A stretch of DNA of 64,000 nt from positions 42,098,001-42,162,000 of the forward strand of contig JAGIQG010000011.1 of the NCBI GenBank assembly GCA_024679065.1. Direction: 5' to 3'. The stretch is from Sphyrna mokarran (Eukaryota). Under the pieces are notes generated by a model. That model was not told the origin of the DNA and made no database searches. It saw only the letters and a list, made by a program, of their open reading frames with translations. How positions within the stretch are numbered: the stretch's first letter is position 1; every line of letters starts with the position of its first letter. A program made the position numbers and the translations under genes. Below are positions 26,613 through 39,125 of this stretch, piece after piece.

Positions 26613-27852
26613 TACATTTTAGTTTTTACATGTTCTAAATTTTACTTTCTCTGTGGATAGAACCTGTTGGACAGAGAATCAAGATGATTACCTCAAAGTG
26701 ATTGGGGGAAAAGCTGTCCAATTTAATTAGCTGCTTATGATAGTTGCTGGTCACTGATTGGCAGCTTGTGAGTGAAGTTGTGTTTGAAGGGATTTTTTAA
26801 AATAAAGATTATTAATTTTTAAATGCTTTTATTATGGTCAACAGTTGCAAATCATTGTCTAATGTTGCCCTATGAATATTGATTCATGGGCTATAGAGAC
26901 TTCTGAGGCAAAATACAAAGTTTTAAAATTATATAGGTTTCTCTCACAATTTGCATTAAAGTTCTTATAATCTAATCTTAAATCTGGTTTCAATGATGAA
27001 CTGTAAATAAAAGACAATAGAAAATCCAGATCAGGATTCATCATAACGTAAAAATGCTTCTGGAACACAAATTGCACTATTTGTTTAAAGAAAAAAGAAA
27101 CCAATGCTTGAATTCTACAACAAAAGCAAAAAGTGCTGGAATTACTCTGGTCAAAATAAAAGATTTGGTGAAGAGTTCTAAACAAAATGTTAATCTGCCA
27201 GTCATTCAAATGCTGGCCACTTGATGCATACTTCCAGCATTTTTGTCTTTATTTCAAATATTTATGCAGTTTTTATGAATTTTTATGAATACAGTTTAAA
27301 AAGTATAAACCCTTTCGTATCAAAACTTACCTGAGCAAATATTAAATGCTTTGAACAGTAGTAAACACTAAATAATATCAGACTTTGGTAGATATACAAA
27401 TAATATTTAAATGCCTAGAGAGCAGTTTCTATAAATTGTCTACTTATTGATTATGCGATACTAACACAAAATGCAGACTGAAAGAATAGTTTCATAAATA
27501 AATAAAAAGCTGGCAAAGATAAATGATAGTTAATATTTAAACTTCAACCTATAACTTATATAAATGATAGAAATTTTCAACATTTTACTATTTTGGGCCC
27601 TTCAATGGCAGGGCAAGTGCAGGACCAGCATAAAGGATTATTTACCAATGCCAGACAAAATAATGTGGCACCTATCAGCTTTCCTATGAACTCCAGTCTT
27701 GATCGTCTATTGTCCAAGTGTGAGTACAATAATTTGTACTTCTAAACTGCCTTCAACAAAGTAATACATTTCACAAATAAAAATCAGATTCAAATATTAA
27801 TCTTGTCCACGAAGAAGCATTCAACATTGTCACTGTCCTTATCAGGTTTTAT

Positions 27853-27918
27853 GATGTGGAGATGCCGGCATTGGACTGGGGTAAACACAGTTAGAAGTCT
27901 CACAACACCAGGTAAAAG
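27853..27918 (-). mobile_element. Penelope-type terminus fragment
   Basis: gatgtggagatgccggcattggactggggtaaacacagttagaagtctcacaacaccagg, homologous to 11488-11545. Confidence 0.65.
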
Positions 27919-28478
27919 ATGATTGGCATGTGCTGGGCTGACAATATTCAGTGTGCTGAGCAATGCAAATCTAAATAATTGGAACATTTTATGCTTGGAT
28001 CAGGATAGTACATTTAAATACTATATTCTGCCTGGATCAGGAATATCATGCAAAACTGAAGAGGAGGCTATGGCGGCATTATAACTCTAAGGTGGGATAT
28101 CATGTATTCCAATCAGGAATAAACTGTATTTGAATTTTGACAAAATGCTTTCACAAAATCTTCACAAAGGTTATGATATGGAACTTCAGCAGAACAGCAT
28201 CATTGTTCAGGCACTAAACAGCCATCAGCACAACTGGCAGGGAGCAGGAGTTCATTATTAGATCGAAGGGTGCAATGCACCACAATGATAAAAGCCAAGA
28301 AATCGGCATACAGAGTATCTGCCTGAAAGACATTAAACTTGTGGTGTTTTGAGATTTCTCTTGCAAGACTGGTTTTCCCTGAGCAAGCTGGTTCTAATAC
28401 CCTCTGCCCCGTTCCTAAATTTCTAGGCCTATATCCCAAAAGATATCAACTGATATCACACGGTTATCAGAAGAAATA

Positions 28479-29020
28479 GGGCAAGATTTTGTTCCAGATT
28501 GGGACAGCAACATTGGGGATCAAATGGGGTGACAACTTGACGTTTGTGGGGAACAGTTATCTGACAGTGATTTTCTCCAAATTGATCAATTCATGATGAG
28601 GGCAGTTGCACTGTCTTTGGGCTCTCTTGGCTGGAGGCTTAATAGGAGGCTCTCCAGCACTGAAGAAACTGCTGGCTGCCTTTTCAAGTTGAGAGAGAAA
28701 GAGAAAGAACACTTCAAGATGGAGGTGCCTCTCTCCAATTTTTTACATTTTTAAATTTTGAAAATGTCCTCAGTAGCTGGATCAGCATTGTGGACGGAGA
28801 TATCTTTAAAACCTGCATAGAACAGTCCCCCAGTTATGATCTACTGCTGAGATGCTTCCTCCAGGCAGCTGGCCTAGTTCCCCTTGTCCCCCAGTATACC
28901 TCCATCCAGGGAATCGTATGGTACTAGTGGTACTGGCAAAGAAGCAAATCAGTTGACAGCGTGAGTTCTCTCTATCAGGACTAAAAGTCCTGCTGATAGT
29001 TTGAAGCCTTAATTTTGCAC
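28479..29020. mobile_element. Putative non-autonomous DNA transposon
   Basis: Starts gggcaagatttt and ends aattttgcac (imperfect inverted termini like those at 18208 and 48224); the interior is richer in GC. Confidence 0.35.
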
Positions 29021-29502
29021 ATAAAGTTTTCAGCTTGGACAGGCTGAAAAGAAAAATGGAAATATAAAACACAATATTTTTTGACAAGACAGCAGAGTGG
29101 AAAAATGTGTTTTAGTTACAATATAATTTTACATTTGAAAACTTTCCATATCAAACAAGGACCCCCAAGCAATTTATAATTGTTTACTGCATGCCACAGT
29201 CGAGCTTTTATTCTTCCATTGCTAGTAAACCATTGCCTGATCAGCAGATTAGGTGTTTACAAATACTAGACAGCAGATACAGTCGAAAAGGAAGGGTAAA
29301 CTTACTCTAATGAGAAACAAATAGTTTTACTAATTTAAAACACAAAAACACAAATAGAACATATTATTGGGAATTGGAACAAGTTTGTAAAAATGCAATG
29401 AAATTATCTCCTTGGTGGCAAGTTGCAAAAACCAGTCTAAATTGGAAAATGAAACAAAATAAAATTAAATGAAAAATTCACATACAAATCACTTACAAGA
29501 AT

Positions 29503-29508
29503 TTTATT
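29503..29508 (-). promoter_or_regulatory. Candidate distal polyadenylation signal with full poly(A)-site context
   Basis: Minus strand has two TGTA motifs upstream, then AATAAA, then a GT/T-rich downstream element (gtgatttgtatgtgaatttttcattt). Confidence 0.4.
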
Positions 29509-30827
29509 AAACATGTAAAAATGTTTTACATAGACCATTTACAATATGTTTAAACAGAAGCATCCTTTAAGGCTTTATGTTTATAGGTCTCATTTGACCA
29601 CACATTGTCATTTCATTGGCAATCATAATTTCTTTTTGGAAATAAATTTGTTTTGGTACAAGTTCTCGATACAGACAAACACTGTAATAAGGCTTGACCA
29701 TAAATTTCTGCCAGAAGTTTTTAAAAGTTACAATAAAGGAATTGCATGACAACATAAGAGCAGCATTCAAACAAAAGTTCATTTTAGCAGCAATACAAAG
29801 TCAATTCACTTAATCTGGTCTATACTGGACAATCGACTACAGTGAAACACTGTTTGGTACAATACAGCTTACCAACACTGATATATAAATATCTGCATGC
29901 TTCCCTGATTATTCTGAATTGTCAATATGCAGGAATAGAAATTTAGCAGGACATTAGCCTGCAACTTGCCTTGTCTAGCATCAAAGAATCTGAACACTTC
30001 ATTTAACATTTAAACAGAAATAATGAGCAGTAATAAATTGTCAACATTTAGATTGATTGTAGACATGTACAATATTTGAAGTATGATGGTGTATGACTAA
30101 AATGAAAATTTAAACTATAGAAAGTCTCTAATCCATTTCTTATCTTCTTTCTCAGAATGCTCATGGGAAAGATCTGAACCAAATATACAGCCTAGTTTAA
30201 TAGCTAATGGAACAAAATTAAAACCAGAAACTTCAAAATGCAGAGTTTAAGTTTTAAAAGCACAATTTACATAGGCATTGCATTGTCCCATTTTCAGAAT
30301 AAATTTCAGTGCACTTATTATTCTGGTAATAAGCTTGTGGAGTGAAGAAATATGAACATCTATATGCTGGAATAAGCATTTCATATACATATTGTACAGG
30401 AAATGTGTGCAATACTGGAAGACAATCTTGCAGTAGTATAATGTATGAATGTTAACTTTTAGAAAATCTTTAAAAAAACTAAAATGTCAAATGCGGGAAT
30501 CTAAAATGATTCACGAAATTGATTATTGTAAAGCTGATTTAAGTAAAAGATCAAAAATAATGCACTTATTGTCTAAAATGCACCTGTATTACCTTTAACA
30601 ATATGCATTATAGAAATGCTTCCATATGGAAATTCATCTTAAAATGGCATGATTATTTGGAGAAAATATCCATTAGTGTCAGTGTAGAGATTTCAACACA
30701 ACATCAAAACATCTTTTCAGCTTTTTTAAAGTTAATCAATAATTACAGAAAAAAATGCTCACAAAAGAGACATTCAAAACATACCTCTTTCTCAAAGCAC
30801 AATCATCAAAAATAGCAAGATATAAGA

Positions 30828-31050
30828 TTCCTTTCCCGGTGTCCTAAATAACATTTGTTTCTCAACCAATAATGTCAAAAGCAAATTAACTAATCATTTA
30901 ATTAAATTCAGTGCTACTTGAGAGATTGTGTGCAGAAATTGGCATGTTGTTTGCCTACAAGTGTGTCTACATTTCAGAAGTAATTCATTGGCTGTAAAAT
31001 GTTTGAGGTATTGAGGATACAAAGTGTGCTGTATAAACCTAAGTTCTTTG
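30828..31050 (+). mobile_element. DeuSINE/SacSINE1-like 3' half
   Basis: cccggtgtcct...ctcaaccaa...gtgcagaaattggc...ttcattggctgtaaaatgttt matches the recalled Deu-domain/tail consensus. Confidence 0.65.
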
Positions 31051-31154
31051 ATGGTAACCAAAAAGAGAACAAATTTCCTTTCTAACATTTTCTTGCTATA
31101 AAGAGATTCCAAAGGAAAATTTGTATTGCATTGTGAATTAGCTGTTAGCTTTGG

Positions 31155-31530
31155 TCCAGTGGTAGCACTCAAAGTTCTGAGGTCAAATCCCACTCCAGAC
31201 TTGAGTGTATAATCCAGGCTAACACCTCGGTGCAACCCTGACAGAGTGCAGCATTGTCAGGAGTATCTCTTTTGGATGATATGTTAAACTAACCTATCCT
31301 CTTAGGTGGACTTAATATGCCCATTGGCACATGAGAAAAAGCAGAAGAGTTATCCCTGGCACTCTGACCAAAATTCAACCATCAGCCAAAAATACTACAC
31401 AAAAACCTGAATACCAGCTCAATATTTCACAGTTCTTTGTGGGATCTTGCTGATATTACAACATTAACTATGGTTCAAGAAGTATTTCATTGGCTGCAAC
31501 ATCATTTAGGCTGTGTGAAAAGCACTACTG
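31155..31530 (+). mobile_element. DeuSINE/SacSINE1-like element
   Basis: tcccactccagacttgag...aggctaacac...ttttggatgatatgttaaac...aggtggac...tttgtgggatcttgctg...ttcattggctgc. Confidence 0.7.
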
Positions 31531-34500
31531 CTGAAACCTTGCTGGCCTTTAAAACAGTACACACACATCACAGATTTCCCAACAGCAAGAGGTGCGTTCA
31601 ACAGAAAATCCTCAATATTGCCAAGTTATACTTTTGAAAGTATCCATAACTTCGAACACAAATTTAATATATTGACTGCTACATTACTGACAAATTGGTC
31701 AGTTACATTAGAAATACAACAACTGCACCTGGTTAAGTAAATCTCTACCTGCATATTGAAAGTTATTTTCTCAAGTTTCATTCCTCCTTTCCAACAAAAC
31801 AGCCCAAGGAGGCAGCTCTTTCCTCAAGTTAATGCCAGATAATGAACTGTAATTGGACTTTCCCTCCATTTGTTTTTAGAAAATTCCTACACTCATTTAG
31901 CATTTGTATACACATCCAGTGAACTCAATATGTCGAAGGCATGAAGCCAGGGTTGGGGCTAAGCAAAAAAGCCTCATTACATTACTATCTAATTGTTGCA
32001 TTAATGACATTACCAGGATATGAATGCCAGCTAATTTCTTTAAATTCAAATACTATTTCAAAACATCATGCACAAAACAAACTCCCTGCTTAAGGCATAT
32101 TTTCAAGACTGTCTGAAGAAAAGTCAGTTTTGCTGGAAAGGACCTCTTCTCGGCATTTAAGAACTTGATGCCATAGATAGGTCACACCAGCACTTCTACA
32201 TGCCGACAAAGATTTTCTGCTTACTTTTTGAATTCACAGCAGTTAGTGTCAGATTTTATAATATTAACAATATTATTACACCAATTAATTTAATCAATGC
32301 AGATAATACCATTTTGGCAGATTGACCATTTACAGATTGACACTGAATTTGGTAATTCTTAAGAAAAAAATGAAATAAATCACTTCCAAATGCCAATTTG
32401 TAAAAGCCAAACCAAGCAAAAATGATCTTTAGCAATATCTCAGTTTTTGCAGAGACCAAATAAACTTGTTTCATTTATTTCAAGATACAATCCAAGAGCA
32501 TTGCAACTGCTTGTTTTTTAGTATCTGCCTGCACTCATAAAAAGTGGAAATACTAGTTATTGGTGCAGAGGTAAGATATGTTTTTATAACTTCTGGTAAC
32601 TTAATAGAATACTTCCTTAATATTCAGTCAGAGAAACTTGAGGTATTAGCCTGTAATAAATATGCACATTTGAAAGAAATTCAGAACCACAGTTTGAAGG
32701 CAAGAATTATTTGCATTTAATGAAATGTAGTATTATTTTACAAGAAACTTGTAGAGCTGTCATTATTTGAATATTGAGTAAAAATTCAATGCTCTTTTGT
32801 TTGTTTCTAATTTTAAAAATAGTTAATAATGAATACCGAACACTTTGTGTGGACTATGTAAACCTGAAGGATTCTCTCTGTTTCTGTTAATTCAGCTGTC
32901 CAATAGCACTGAGCTCAGAGAACTACTTACTATGTCATCAATAGTCAAAATTGAAATTTTTTTTATAAATTAAAAGAATAAAGACTTTTTGACAATTGCA
33001 CAGTGCAGATTCACAGTCTCACAATTGATTACATATCAGGAATTGTCAATTTAATCGATGCTTTAGTCATGATGGTAATCAACACTGAAGAAATTTTCAG
33101 CGCCCCAAGTTCTGGGGGAGAATAAGAAAGGGAAAATGTACCTTGAACAGAGAGTCTCAAGAAAACTGAAAAATACACACATAAAATCAGCATTCAAAGT
33201 TAAAGTCAGAGGCAATCTTTAAATTTAAACTTGCAATATTTAGGTTGGAATCAAGAACTCAAAACACGCTATTATACCATCTCCCGTTAACGGAATGAGA
33301 ATGTTTACACACAAACATTCTGTATAAACAATTTAGGAAGCTTGACTAAAAAGATTATGATCTTCAAAAGTAAGAAAAAAAAATTGGATTCTGACCAATA
33401 TATTGAATTCAGTTTTACTCAAGTTATGGAATGGATAATATTTACACTTTTGGCACTCAGTGTCAGTATCAATTATCAGGTCAAGTACAACATGGATCAG
33501 ATGCAAAGCAAGAACTTTTCTGTTCTGTCCAATTTCAGTACAGCACCACTTCGATGCCAACCACCTTTATAATTTCCGAGTGACATCGGTTAGAGTTTGG
33601 CACAAATTGGCACTAAACTGGCAGTTTTATGCTGTGGACCCACACCAACTAGAAAGTAGATTCAAACTTGTATTCAAATTTCACACAAGATTTTTACCGC
33701 TTATACAAAATGAAAGTTAGATTAGATTACCAGACTAAATTTAACCCCAAAAAAATGTGCTACATGAATAAATCATCTACATACTAATGAGGAAAATTTG
33801 AAAGTACTAAAAATTAAAATGAAGTACGTATTACCAAGTAATTAAAACAGTGCTGGTACAAGCAGTAAAGGGTCATCATGAACTAAAATATTTCTTTTCA
33901 GCTTCTTGTGCTTGCAGATCAGAATGCTTTTGCATTATTGTTAGAATAACCCAATTAACATTATGTATAAAAGTTGCCACTATAATCCTTCTTCAAATGA
34001 TTCCAGTGTCTAAGTCACAAAAAAAATTAAGATTTATTAAAGCCAGATTTCTTAACATTAAATAGCCATTGCTACAAGAAGACGTATAATGGTTTCCATC
34101 TTAATGTCAAAAGGAAGACGTTGAGAATGACAAGATTTCCCTTTGATTTTAACTCAATATTGGACCATGAGCAAGGCCTTTAGGGAGCAACTCTTTTGCC
34201 ATTTGTCTGTAAATCAGAAGTTACAATGGAGCAGTGTAGTCCAGGGTAATACTTTACCCTTTTAACTATTGAATTTAGTTCCCCGTGTTAAGACACAGTT
34301 TGTAAATTCACCTCCCCATCTGGCTATTCACTTTCTTGGGATATTTGGTGTAGAACCAGCGAATGTCATCTAGGCATGCTCTAGTCTTTTATCATATCTC
34401 ATGCAGTCTAGCATGCATGTAATCTATTCCTGCCTCAGCAGGATGTCACGGCCAACTGCGTCATGACAGGTGCTGCAGCAGTAAACATACTCTCGGCATT

Positions 34501-35434
34501 ACAGATTTGATTGGGATTAACCATTACTCTTGCCTGGTATCTTTCACCATCAATTAACACTGCAAAATTAATTTCAAAATCTTGGTGAGAAATGGAGGTG
34601 AATATATTAGAGGTGAATTTTTAAATAACTTCATTGATCATTCACTATAGTTCGATTACCTATGGCATTTCAAATAAAATTAAAGTGGCGATTGGAAGAA
34701 CATCCATGGAAATTCAACCCCCATCTCTAACGGTTGTTCAGTCCTGCTCCCATAGTGCTATATTTCAGTTAGTGTAATATAGAAAATGAAGGAAAACAGT
34801 TGTTTATTTAAGTAGTTGATCCATCAAGTAAAACAAAACCAAAATAATTCATCTTTACGCATTCAACACTAAATTCAGATTATTCATTAATCTTTCCAAA
34901 TGGTTGAAGTTTAGAGAAGAAAGGAGAATCATTCCAGGAATTAGTAGCTAATATCCTAGCAAAAATTGTGAAATTTAGTTGGCAGCTAAATATTGTTTAG
35001 CACATCTGTAATTTGGTTATGGGCTTCTTTTGTACTAGGTACATTACACTGCAGTGAAGCATTGGAAATTACTTTAAATTATTATAGAATGAATAAATAG
35101 CAGCAGCCATAAAGATGTAAATATTTTTCTCAAGTATAAGAGCTCTTCAAATCAATCTTTACAATATACATGTAGCATTTTTCTGTAATTCATTCTTGGA
35201 ATGTGAGCATTACTAGTCGAGCTGGAATTTATTATCCATCACCAGATGCCCTAAAAAGACTACGGCTGTCTTCTTGAATCATTGAAATCGATAATGAAGG
35301 TGATCTATAACATTCATAGCTAAGGAGATCTAGTCATCCACTTCATTGGCACAACTTAGCAGCTTGTTAGTCCCTTTCAGAGTTCAGTAAAATTAAACCA
35401 TGTTGAGGTGGGATTGGAATCATATATAGGCTAG

Positions 35435-35620
35435 ATCATAAAATCCCTACAGTGCAGAAAGGCCACTTGGCTCATTGAGCCTGCATTGACAACAATCCCA
35501 TCCAGGCCCTGCGTTCATAACCCCACTTATTTATATTGCTAATCTTTCTGACACTAAAGGGCAATTTAGTATAACCAATCAACCTAACCCACACATCTTT
35601 GGACTGCAGGAGGAAACTAG
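35435..35620 (-). mobile_element. HE1-type SINE 3' part
   Basis: aatccctacagtgcagaa...acacatctttggactgcaggaggaaac. Confidence 0.75.
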
Positions 35621-35713
35621 ATCTTTTAAATGTGTGCTAATTTTTGCATTCAACATCATTATTTTAGTGCTCTGTTCTAAAAATAAGCAGAATATGTTTA
35701 GTTCTATAAATAC

Positions 35714-35812
35714 ATAGTCTGAAGAAAGGTCATTGACCTGAAATGATAACCCTGTTTCTCTTGCCAAATGTTGGCTGACTGATGTGCTCCCAGCATTTTC
35801 TATGTTTATTGC
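35714..35812 (+). mobile_element. Second Penelope-type repeat family fragment with hammerhead-like core
   Basis: CTGAAGA aaggtca t tgacct GAAA tgataac, then ccagcattttctatgtttatt. Relatives at about 18100-18370 (-), 23750-23840 and 27120-27255. Confidence 0.5.
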
Positions 35813-38785
35813 ATAAACCCAATGCTGTCTTCCTGTGTTTACTGTACTATGTCAACTGTTAATTACTGAGAATCTATATTGTGGCTGCAAAATGATTACC
35901 TTTCTAAAACCATGAAGAACAAACACTTTTCCCAAGTTCCAAAAAACAACTTATCTATTTTTCAGAGAATTTATATTACTATCATTCCAGATATTGTCAT
36001 CAGTAACTGGAGATGCAACCTTCTCTAAGTGTTGAGCTAAATATAATACAATTTCATTTTTCAAAAAATCTAATTTAATAATCCAACCCTTCTCATCACC
36101 AACACCCGCATTCCCCCCAAAAAAGGATAAATTAATCTTAATCATTAGAAACAGGCATGAGCTTAAACAATTTTTTTTTGGAATATTCAAATTCAATATT
36201 TTCAAAATTGAAATAGAAACAATAGTCTCTATTCATTGCTCCACAATTTAGCTTGTGTTTTGAGAGGGTTTTTTTGTGTGCAGGAGAATCCAAGGTACAT
36301 TACAAAACCTGAGTGTACAGCTTTTTCAGCAGCTTTCAGCCATCTGTTGCTCAATACCTTATACACATATTTTACAATTCAGGCCACTTCCACTCATTGT
36401 ATCCCTTAGAGGACTCAGCTGTATTCTGGGATCAGAACTAAACTTGAGATTTTTCAAAGGGCTGAATTATAAAAAAAGTATGAAATGTAAATGTCAAAGA
36501 TATGTACATTTTTAAATGTAACTGAATTAATAAGATTTTTGTTCCACTATAGTGTTTCACCTGACTGCATCTCTCCCCTGTCTTCGTCTAGCCTCTATTA
36601 AAGAGCAGCATTTTTTCCAGATGAGAAAAGATTTATCTTACAGTAGGGATTAACATCACAGATCTGAATCAAGTTATCTGCAATCTGAACTTCTCAATCC
36701 AGCAATTGACAAGGAATTAAAATATTCAAGTCAGTGTTTCTGCTATTATGTAATAGTGATTTCATTTTCTAATATATACATTAATGCTCTGAGGCTTCAA
36801 TTTTTAAAACATATTTGATTAAAAATGACATTGGTATGCATTTATATTAAAAGGCAAGCATGGGATGCATTGCATTGAACCAATCAATACTTGTCACTTA
36901 TCGGTTTTAGTCCATTTAGGAACAGTAGAGAATTGGAAGGTTTTCTAGTGCAGGTAACAGTAATTGGGAAAAACTATGTGCATTCAAAAGACAGTTTCAA
37001 ACTCCAGCTTTGGCTGTCTTTTGACCTCTGCTACCCTCTATAGGTGAGTTTTACCAAATGTCAGCAGAGCTGTTTTAGTTCACTTTGCAGGATTGGTGAA
37101 TTCCATGACAATATAGGTGGAAAAAAGATAGCCAGAAGACACCTCTGAAAGAAGATCGCCAGAAGATCTCTAGTCTCCACTAACAAAATTACATCTGCAT
37201 CCATTAAAGTATGCAAATTGTTATTCTCTTCTCATTTGTAAAAATGAGAAAATTGGATGGAGGGAAGAGAACACAATATATAGGGCACATATATTCAGGC
37301 CAAGTTTTCTCATTCTGTAGTATAGTATTTAGTCCATAAAAAGTACTTTACAGCCAGCAGTAGTATCATGTGTTTTAAAATTTAACATGTATTTCTGATT
37401 CTTCTTTAAGGCCTCCACAAAATCTCAATAATGGCCAAATTTTAGACATTATTGTGAAAGCTAGAATCTGTGAACCATTCCATAGTATTATAATTTAAAA
37501 AGCTGTAGGTGATAGGGCAATACTTGTTGTTGGTTCATCACTTTTTTTAAAAAGAGGGAACAGAAAGTAGCAGCAGCTGAAGTTGTACATCTTTTTTTGT
37601 ACAGATCATAATTAATTCTGTAAAATAAGTCAGGGGACATCTTCATTTTCTAAACTATGGAAATCGAGAGTTTAAAACCCTCAAAAGTGCGCGGTACTGT
37701 AATACTGTATTATAAAAACAGAACTGGGTCAGTATTGTGTCTTAGGCAGGCATCCAAAAGACTAACCAAATTACAAGGCTTAACTTGCTGACAACAGATT
37801 TTTTTTTTAATGAAACTGTACATTATTTAGCTGTAAACAGGCTAACCTTATGTAGAGGCATATGGTGCACATGCTTCTTTAATTAAACACACGTACTGAT
37901 TTAGATAGCTAAAGATCACATATGTCTTTAGAAATTAAGTATTTTCTAAGCTGTGAACAATGATTACTACATTCAGTTTTACACATCTTTATTAACTATA
38001 TAACTAGTGTAGTCATTCCTTCTCTAATTTATTGACAACAGTCACTAACAATGATACCCTGTGTGAGATTACCAGATTCAAATAAATCTAATTACCAATT
38101 ATTTAATGTCAGAATCTGTCTAACTATGTTCCAAATTTAGACTGTTCATTGAGACTTTTTGAATTTATTTTCTTCAAATTTAGGGAACAGGAGTTTGGAA
38201 TGATTTTGTATCAACTGTCAATGCTACTCATGATATTTTTTGTATACTCTTTCTTCCTTGGAATGTGGGCTTTGTTGGCTAGGCCAGTATTTATTGCCCA
38301 TTTCTACCGATAGGTCACAGGGTTACTCCTACAAGCCTCATACTTCCATGCATCCTTCCTCTCCCCCCACCCCACCTTCCAAATGAACCTTGATAATCCA
38401 ACATAGCTCAACACTCAAATTAGTGGTATAGACAAGCAGGTCAGTTAGGGTACTTCCCTCACATCAAATTAGGCTGCTGATTTACAAATTACAGTGGCAA
38501 ATGCATTTTGCATTAATTTGGATCTGTAAGTATAGCAGCACTGCAGTATACAGCTGATGAGAGTTTTCAAAAAAGTTGAGATACAATAAAAAAATTTGTA
38601 TAGTCAATTTGAAGTTGTGACCTAAAATTGCATAATGTTGAATAATAAAGAAAAAGTGCTTTTAGGAGCACTGAAATCATTTAAAGTACTTTCCCTGGAA
38701 TTCAAAATGATATTTAAAATACTGTTATCTCATTTCTTAGCAGCATTTGATGCCATTATGGGAACACAATCTTCCAACTATAATA

Positions 38786-38791
38786 TTTATT
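38786..38791 (-). promoter_or_regulatory. Candidate proximal polyadenylation signal (AATAAA) of the JAZF-family gene
   Basis: tttatt on + about 160 nt past the stop. Others lie at 38164 and 37988; the AT-rich context makes this weak. Confidence 0.25.
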
Positions 38792-38948
38792 TCATAGAGA
38801 AACAATTCACTTAAGATAAACAATAAGGAATAGTTTCCCCCAAGATCTATAGCAATGAATCTTGAGAAAAATATAATTCTCTTTACTCACTCCTGTTAGA
38901 ACACGGAGTCTGCAATTAGCAGATCAGTCAGGAGAAGGGTACAATGCA

Positions 38949-39125
38949 TCACAACTGCATCTTTCTAAGCATATCAACTGACACTGGTGGATGAAAGGTA
39001 ATAGTGTGATGACGAAGCCCATGAGCAGTCTTATAGCTCTTTCCACAGCGACACTTGAAAGGCTTCCGGACACGGGTTTGAGTACGATGGCCATTCTTGG
39101 CATGGTATTTGATTCCATTAACATT
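38949..39125 (-). CDS. JAZF1: JAZF1-family gene, last coding exon (NVNGIKYHAKNGHRTQTRVRKPFKCRCGKSYKTAHGLRHHTITFHPPVSVDMLRKMQL*)
   Basis: Acceptor ctgttag|AATGTT; 177 nt including TGA at 38949-38951. Completes finger 2 and encodes finger 3. This frame differs from the listed ORF 38924..39124. Confidence 0.96.
   Translation of the reverse strand, partial: NVNGIKYHAKNGHRTQTRVRKPFKCRCGKSYKTAHGLRHHTITFHPPVSVDMLRKMQL

Noticed and set aside
1-38900. TAX1BP1 terminal exons expected next to true JAZF1
   Set aside because: No CPxC...H..H UBZ-finger exon recognised by eye or in the ORF track; short exons could have been missed.
38924-39124. Listed 66-aa ORF over the last exon
   Set aside because: Wrong frame; the spliced zinc-finger frame starts at 39125 and stops at 38949.
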